Below, piece by piece: positions 56,740 through 64,000 of a DNA stretch of 64,000 nucleotides (within the stretch, counting starts at the first letter, position 1; the number at the start of each line of letters is the position of its first letter). The notes below the pieces were generated by a model. The model had not been told where the DNA came from. It searched no databases and worked only from the letters and a program-made list of their open reading frames with translations. Origin of the DNA: Eledone cirrhosa. Its lineage: Eukaryota. The stretch is from the NCBI GenBank assembly GCA_964016885.1, contig OZ024740.1, positions 132,866,001 through 132,930,000 of the forward strand. The letters are read 5' to 3'. Both the position numbers and the translations under genes were made by a program.

Positions 56740-56877
56740 GAATATATATGTCGATGAACATATTTAAATAGACGCACAAACACACACAAAGTCATATATA
56801 TAAATATATATATATATATGTATGCCTTTGTGTGTGTTTGTGCGTCTATTTAAATATATTCATCAACATATATATTC
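56740..56877. repeat. Hairpin with about 55 bp arms around a (TA)n loop
   Basis: atttaaatagacgcacaaacacacacaaag / ctttgtgtgtgtttgtgcgtctatttaaat. Confidence 0.85.
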
Positions 56878-57305
56878 CTATTTTTCATATTCATTCGATA
56901 ATGTCTATGAAATATTTTAGATTCTTACTTTGTAATTAGATATTGAACTGCCCCCCTCCCTACAACACACACATTTAGTTCATTTATTTCGTACATTGTT
57001 TATATTATTTCTTATATCATTGTATCATTCTTTCTAACTTTTTCGTTGAAGTATTAATAATTTATTCTGCTATCTTCCAGCTACGCAAAAATTAATTAAG
57101 AAAAGATAATATTTAGTTTTCATTTTGTTATTATAACTGAATTTATTTTGCAGTATATATTTTTTCTTATATTTGCAGTTTTTATATGCCTCTGATACAA
57201 TATTATTAGTTTCAATACGTTTGAAGAAATACATTTCAATTTCAAATCAAATTATTTCAGTTGTAAAAAAAAATTAAACATATTTCTTTATCAATTAAAT
57301 TTGTC

Positions 57306-57369
<64 letters not shown>

Positions 57370-57378
57370 CATATATAT

Positions 57379-57422
<44 letters not shown>

Positions 57423-58220
57423 ATTAAGAATATTCCTTTCCGAAGAACGGAGCCACATTTAAATACAGTACTCAATGCATTCCTAGAGAAGGTATATACT
57501 TAATATTTATATACCTCACCCACTGGTGCATAGAGAGTAATGAATCGCTTGATTTGAAATCATAAGACATATCAATGAATTGCTTTGCAGCCCTGTTGAT
57601 ATCAGTGAGAGTAACGCTGTAAGTGTATGGATGAAGCTTTTATAAAGGCAAATTTGCATAAATGAAGAAAAAAGTAAACTTTTGATGCATTTTCGATTTT
57701 ATATCGGTTTTCTTTATTTATAAGTTCAAATGAAATATATGAAAACCTCATGCGTTTTATGTTTCATTAAAATCCCAACTACAAAACCTCCAATATTGGG
57801 CGTACCTATATTGTAAATGACATCAACGTCTAATCACCAATTACTATCTTAAAAAGACGAAAGCAACATATGCATCTATGAGGATCTAGTGCTAGATGTA
57901 AATATTATATAAGTAAACAAAGTTTTAAAACCTCAGCTGGAATACTTCAGATTCTAGCTTCGCTCAAATACAGTGGCATTATAAACAAAAATAGCTATCT
58001 GTGATTTTTTGTAAGTATATTATGTAAAGTTACCTGAAGTGTGTTTATCCCCTAATGATTTTCAACACGACGGCTCTTCCATATAATTTTCTAAGACATT
58101 GATATGACTGAACTATATTTGGAGTTCTTTATATAACACATATAGATACGAATTCTATTTCTATTTCAGATCTATTTGTTAGATCTTCTGTATTTCCTAT
58201 TTATGTTTCATTAATTTATT

Positions 58221-58404
58221 GGATTGGCAGTATCGGTAGAGGGTCGGACGCCATGCTTTGAAGCATAGAGTTACCCCCCTTTATGATCTGAGTTCAAATC
58301 CCGCCGAGGTTAACTTTGCCTTTCATCCTTACAGGGTCGATAAAATAAAGTACCAGTAGTACACTGGGATAATTGCTGGCCTTGTGCCAAAAGTAGAAAC
58401 AATT
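58221..58404 (+). mobile_element. tRNA-derived SINE (octopus-type)
   Basis: A-box tggcagtatcggtaga, B-box gagttcaaatcccgcc, central gcctttcatcctt..gggtcgataaaataaagtaccagt. Confidence 0.8.
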
Positions 58405-60221
58405 AATTTATTGTTCACATTTTTCAACGTTTCTGGAACCTTCGTAATTTTTACTTTTGTTCATACTTGGGTTATCATTACTATTTATCCATATCATGTT
58501 TTCTTACGCTTCACATATTTTGTCATTATTGCTGAATCTTACCTTTCAACATAATTAGACCCCCGTGTTAGTTGAATTAGAGACAATATTTGATTCAGTT
58601 TTAATAGTTTCAGAAGCCATGTGAATTTTATTTACTAGCTGTAGAAATAGTGAAAATACATAATCGGAGAAAGTAATGTGTTTCTTGGAGGCAACTTATT
58701 TTAACTATCGCTTTGTGAATTAAACATTCATGCATAACTTGAAACGTTAGTTTGCACATTATGATTATTAGACTTCCATAATTTCACTAAAACCAACTAG
58801 ACCGAATCAAATTTATGCAGACTAATATTTGATATCGTTATGACGTAAACAATATCAAAAATAATAACTATTTTTAGTCGACATACACATGGTGACGGGT
58901 AGCACAGTATTACAAGAATAATGTGGTGTTCAGTATTGTCCAATTACGTATTGATTTCAAATCCACCTTTCATCTACCCAAATCCTGCTTCCTATCATTC
59001 AAGATCTGAAAAGTACAAATTATTTAAATTATTATTTAGTCATTTTCTACAGCAACGAGTTAATAATACTGTCTCTGGTGACGGGTTTCGACAGAAAAAT
59101 CACGAATTCACTGTATTGCCACATACATTAGAGAGAAAGGATAGTGTGTGTAACTGAATATGAAACATCACTTTCTTCAAATTTTACCATTATATTCTGT
59201 TTAATTACTCTCCTAAATTTATCATAGTTTACCGACTATTCCCGTTGATATTTTAAAATGTTTTTCTCTTCCTAGCTACATTTTCCGTTTCCTTTTAATA
59301 CTTCATTTCATTTTCAGGATGGAGTATATGAGGGAGTCAAATTTTCTCTGCATTGGTTGGGAATTTATTCATAGAGGTTGATGCCTATAGGTATATTTTG
59401 GGTGCAGAGAAACAATTTGAGTCTCTAATAGAAGACATATATTGTAGGCATAAATGGTGCCCGTGAAAAATAAAACAAAAAGACTGCAGTCGATATCGTG
59501 TGTTCAGGTTTCAGAACAGTTGTGTATAATAATCAATTTCCAGCATTTAATTATTACTTTGTAATCCACTGCTAATTTGAGATGAATTCAATAACAGTTC
59601 AGTTAAGAACGTATGGATTCTACTCTGCCTATCAAAGAATACAATACAATTAATTACAAAGTACAGACTGCGGCAATTATACTAAAGCCAATGGCGTTAG
59701 CTAATTAACACGCGGTAATTTATTTTTGAAAAAAAGAAATAACTGAAAGGTATTGTTTTGCAAAATAATTATTGCTCGAAAAAAAAAGAACTAAATGTAC
59801 AGAATTAGTTCCTTGCAAGTACTGAGTGTTCCGTTTGTTTGTTACCAATTTAAGGTGTGGATCAGATATCTGTCATTAATGTTAATAGCAGCTAAAAGAA
59901 CAAGGGTGGTTTTATAATAACAAGGACCAAGGTAGAAATAATGAGAATAATAATAGCTATAATGACAACCCTTCTAATTATCATTATTCCTTCATTTTAT
60001 GAATAAAAAATGTCATTTAGTGGTAAAAATATAATAATATTAGTTTTCTCTTTGCTAGAGGGCCAACAAGTAGACTGGATAATTGTATCATGGAAATAAA
60101 CGAACTTATATCAAAATATATTTGTTGATATCTATTGGTACATTTCAATAGGTGTTACTCATACAAACAAACACTCACATCCCCCACTCACCCACCCCCC
60201 ACCACATACCCCCCCCCCCCC

Positions 60222-60281
<60 letters not shown>

Positions 60282-60293
60282 TAAATAAAAGTG

Positions 60294-60432
60294 AAGGCGC
60301 ATGGCTTAGTGGTTAGAGCAGTAGGCTTGTAATCGAAAGGTTGTGAGCTCAATTCTCGGACCGAGTGATGTTTCCTTGAGCAAGACACTTTATTTCACGT
60401 TGCTCCAGTTTACTCAGCTGAACGTGAGTACA
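60294..60432 (+). mobile_element. tRNA-derived SINE with CORE-like central domain
   Basis: A-box tggcttagtggttaga, degenerate B-box gagctcaattc, ccttgagcaagacacttta. Confidence 0.8.
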
Positions 60433-60507
60433 GCATAGCAGCAAGTGCTGTGACAGCGGCGCCGAATGTCGCCCAACAAACTTGTCGGTCAAGGTGATAT
60501 ATATATA

Positions 60508-60538
<31 letters not shown>

Positions 60539-60747
60539 GTTTGTGTGTACATATATGGTGGGGGTGTCTATAGAAAAGTATGTTTTGAAAGAGCAAGCGC
60601 GTTTGAAATTAGAAATAGAAGATTTCGCCGAATTTTTTACTAAAGAATTTTTAGCCTGTTAGTGAGGTTTAGAACCTTCACCAAAGTGAGCACTCGATGC
60701 GTAGTTTCCAGTTGCTATTTTGGTGTTCGCAAAGGCCAGGCAGATTG

Positions 60748-63700
60748 TAATAATATAAATAATAATAATAATAATGATTTCTTTATTAACCACAAGGGTT
60801 TACATAAAGTAGACATTAAGGACAGTGCAGGACAATGCAGGACGGTACAAATGGGCATTTCTGCGTGTAAAAAACAAAAACAGAGGATGTAACAAAAAAT
60901 AACAATGGAAAATTCCCCAATAGGGGGGAGACTTCGGAGGGACATTTGTGGAGAAAGCCCAGTAAAAAGCCACAATGACCCTGACCACCAAGGCAAGTGC
61001 CCTCTCCCAGTTTTCCACCTTTAATTTACAGATATATGTTCAGAGTAGGCCCATTCACTCGGGCCATTCTTGCTTCTATCACCCATCTTTCAACAAAATG
61101 CTGGGAAGAGAGCACTTCCCCCTCTACTCTGATTTTCCTTTTCAAATGAAATTTGAAAAAGTCAATCAGAGCATCACCGAAGAGGTAAGTGCTCGTCTTC
61201 AGCCCTTTCAAACGTGTCCACCATACTATCTCTTTCGCCATGGCCACCAGACAGATAAAAACTGCCTGCCCTTCCCGGCTAAAGGAGGAGGGCGGGGCAA
61301 TCCTCACGATGGACTCAGATGATAGCCGGATTCGTCCTAAACGCGACAGCAGGTGTTCAACATAAACCCACAAGACAGCAATTTTCGGACACTGGACGAG
61401 TGCGTGCAGGACGGTTTCGTCGCCCTGCGCGCATCTCAGACATGCCCGGCTGACGGCACCTCCATGCCTGTAGAGTTTATCCCGAACTGGCGAGGCTCCT
61501 CGGTAGCACTGCCAGGCCAGAGATTTCTGGAAGTTGTCCATAGGCCCTGGCCCGAAAGTTCTTCCGAAGAGATTGGCTAGTTGATTTTCGTCGACGCCTA
61601 GAGTTTCCCCAAGTACGTCGTCGCTCTTCCCCTCCACTAATCCTATAGAACGCCGAGGTGGAGTTTCCACCGATCACATTGCCCGATTGGTCGAGGGCTG
61701 TGAGCGCCTGAAGACATTCCAGTCTCCAGGCGCTCCCTCTCGGTCTTCGCTTGACCCAGGACTGCAGCTCCGTCAAGGAAACGAGCTGGGGAAATACGCG
61801 TCTAGCAAACGGCGACCACACCTGATCACCGTCGAGGAAGAGGTGGAGATGTCGTAGCCTGAGCGCGTGCCTGCGCATCATCAGCCACGGCATGCCCAGC
61901 CCTCCACGTAGCGGGTGTTGACAACAGATGAACCGCCTGACCATCGGAGCACATCCCTTCCACAAAAAGCGAAAGAGAAAACGCTCAGCGCAGTCAGGCG
62001 AGGCTTAGGACAAGGTACGACGGTCAGGCGGTAGCAGATGACAGACGCGATGTACGCATTAGCCACCTCCGCTCGACCTTTCAGGGATAGCTTCCTCTCG
62101 GCCCATTTCTGGGTGAGAGAAGCCACCCTGATCGTCACCTCGTCCCAGTTTTTGTCCGTCTGGAGGTCCGGACCGAACCAGACCCCTAGCAATTTAACCG
62201 GTCCGTCCGTCCAGCGCCCGACGACGCTGTTGGACGGCATGGGCCTGCCTCTCCAGGTGCCGAGCTGCAGGCCCACTGACTTTTCCTGGTTGATCATTGC
62301 TCCTGTCACCGCTTCGTATTCTCTTAGTGTAGTGCCGATCGCCTCGATGTGTTTGGCGTTCGACACCACTACGGTGACATCGTCCGCATATGCTGACACG
62401 GATCTTCCGCATCCTAGTTCGCGCGGGACTCCCCTCAACGTCTCCAGTTTGTGCAGTAATGGCTCGAGAGTCAATACGTACAAGAGGGACGAGAGGGGAC
62501 ATCCTTGGCGGACCGAGCGCATGATGTTGAACGGTTCCGACAGGTGACCGTTCACTCTCACCACAGAGCAGATGTCGCTGTGCATGGCAGCGATCCAGCC
62601 TCTGAAGACGGGCCCAAAGCCAGCCGCCCTCAGGACTGCCGCTAGGTAACGATGGTCGACCCTATCGAAAGCTTTCGACTGATCTAAATTGATCAAGGAC
62701 CCACCCGTGCCAGGTTCCTTAGCTACCCTCTCTATGATGTATCGCATGAGGTGGAGGTTGTCGTGGATGGATCTGTCGGGAATGGCGCATGTCTGCGCCT
62801 CTCCCACCACACCACCAACGACAAGCGCCAACTTCTTTGCTAACACCTTGGCCAAAATCTTGAACTCTGTGTTTAGCAGAGTTATGGGCCGGAAATTATC
62901 TACGTTATCCCCCTTGTTCGGATCCTTTCTCAGCAGTGCCACCGCTCTTCGGCTCACAGAACTGGGAATTCTCCCGTTCTGTTGCCAGTTGCAGTAGACG
63001 TCCGCCAATAGGCCTCCGAACAAGTCTGGCATCTGTACGTAAAGTTCATAGGGCAGACCATCCAAACCAGGCGATTTACCCCTTGTGCAGCCAGTCATTG
63101 CCTCCCTTACTTCAGCGGCTGTTATCGGCTTTTCGCAACACTTCGCCTCAGTGGCCGAGAGCCGCGGCAGTTCGTCGAGGTAGACGCTAAAGTCCATCCC
63201 TCTACCCGGCCCACCGCTGCCCCCGAACAGCTGAGCGCAGTGTCGCTGAAAAGCTTCACACATTTGCCCGGGATCGAGTAGCATGCGCCCGTCGTGGTCC
63301 ACCAAAGATCGGATCGTGGCTTTGTTGCCACGACGCGCCTCCGCCACTCGGGCCCATTGAACGGCTTTCGTCCCCTCGTGTCTGAGAGCACGCACCCTTG
63401 CACTGACAAAGCAGCCTTCGTGCTTTGCATTGAAGAATTGGTCAAGGGCCAATTTCGCCGCAAGCACGTCGGTCGCAATGCCTTTGCTAAGCTCCAGTCT
63501 AATTTTCTAACTAGTTCTCCCTCTACTCTATTTTTCTCTATTGCTAAAGCCTTACTAAACCTAATCGATTCTATTCTAATCGCTCTTTTCAGAGCAAACC
63601 ACCACTTGTTGTTGACGATGGCCCCCGTCAACGCCCGCTTAACTAGTTCGCTAATCCGGTCTCTGTAGGCCTTGCGCGCTGGTAAGGACGCGTTTAGCTT

Positions 63701-64000
63701 CCAGTAGCCGGGTCCTCGTCTATGAAGCCTATCTAAGTCAAGCACACAGATCACGAATTTGTGGTCCGTGTAGCTGACTATCTTGAATTGTGGACAGCCT
63801 ATGCTAGACCTATCTATTTCCCTACAAAATACTCTATCTAGATATGATCTGGATGACCCTATGCGGTTTGTCCAAGTCCACATTGGCACATTCAGGAAAT
63901 CCAATCGGTACCTGTCAGACAGTTCAAAATGCCTGAGCAGATTGGTGAGGCTCTTGCACCCTCCGCCCCTATTCGCTAATCCCACACAGTCCCAGCGTGC
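60748..64000 (-). mobile_element. Tx1/L1-type LINE copy 3 (same subfamily as copy 1), ORF2 with frameshifts, runs off right edge
   Basis: ORFs 63122-63985, 61881-63467, 61477-61965 and 61026-61670 match 44580-47514; same 3' UTR and (ATT)n tail. Confidence 0.94.

Noticed and set aside
58221-60432. tRNA genes at 58221 and 60294
   Set aside because: A/B boxes are present but there is no full cloverleaf, and SINE bodies follow

Overview
AT-rich, microsatellite-dense eukaryotic DNA; the repeat landscape and SINE types suggest a cephalopod, probably Octopus (inference). No host gene could be called confidently. 1-34.9 kb is dominated by Penelope-like elements (PLEs: RT + GIY-YIG) and by non-coding elements with PLE-style inverted pseudo-LTRs. 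Reading by eye I find about 15 type I hammerhead ribozyme (HHR) motifs from about 8 unrelated families, most with a minimal helix III and palindromic tetraloop, and several with a compensatory U3-A8 core (UUGANAA). 35.4-53.6 kb is an array of non-LTR retrotransposons stacked on one (TAA/ATT)n microsatellite: one R4/Dong element with an uninterrupted ORF, one truncated Dong, two near full-length Tx1/L1-type elements and a probable Tx1 5' fragment. A third Tx1 runs off the right edge. Also present are RTE remnants, TGT...ACA MITEs and two tRNA-derived SINEs. All alignments and folds were done by eye, so boundaries are approximate.
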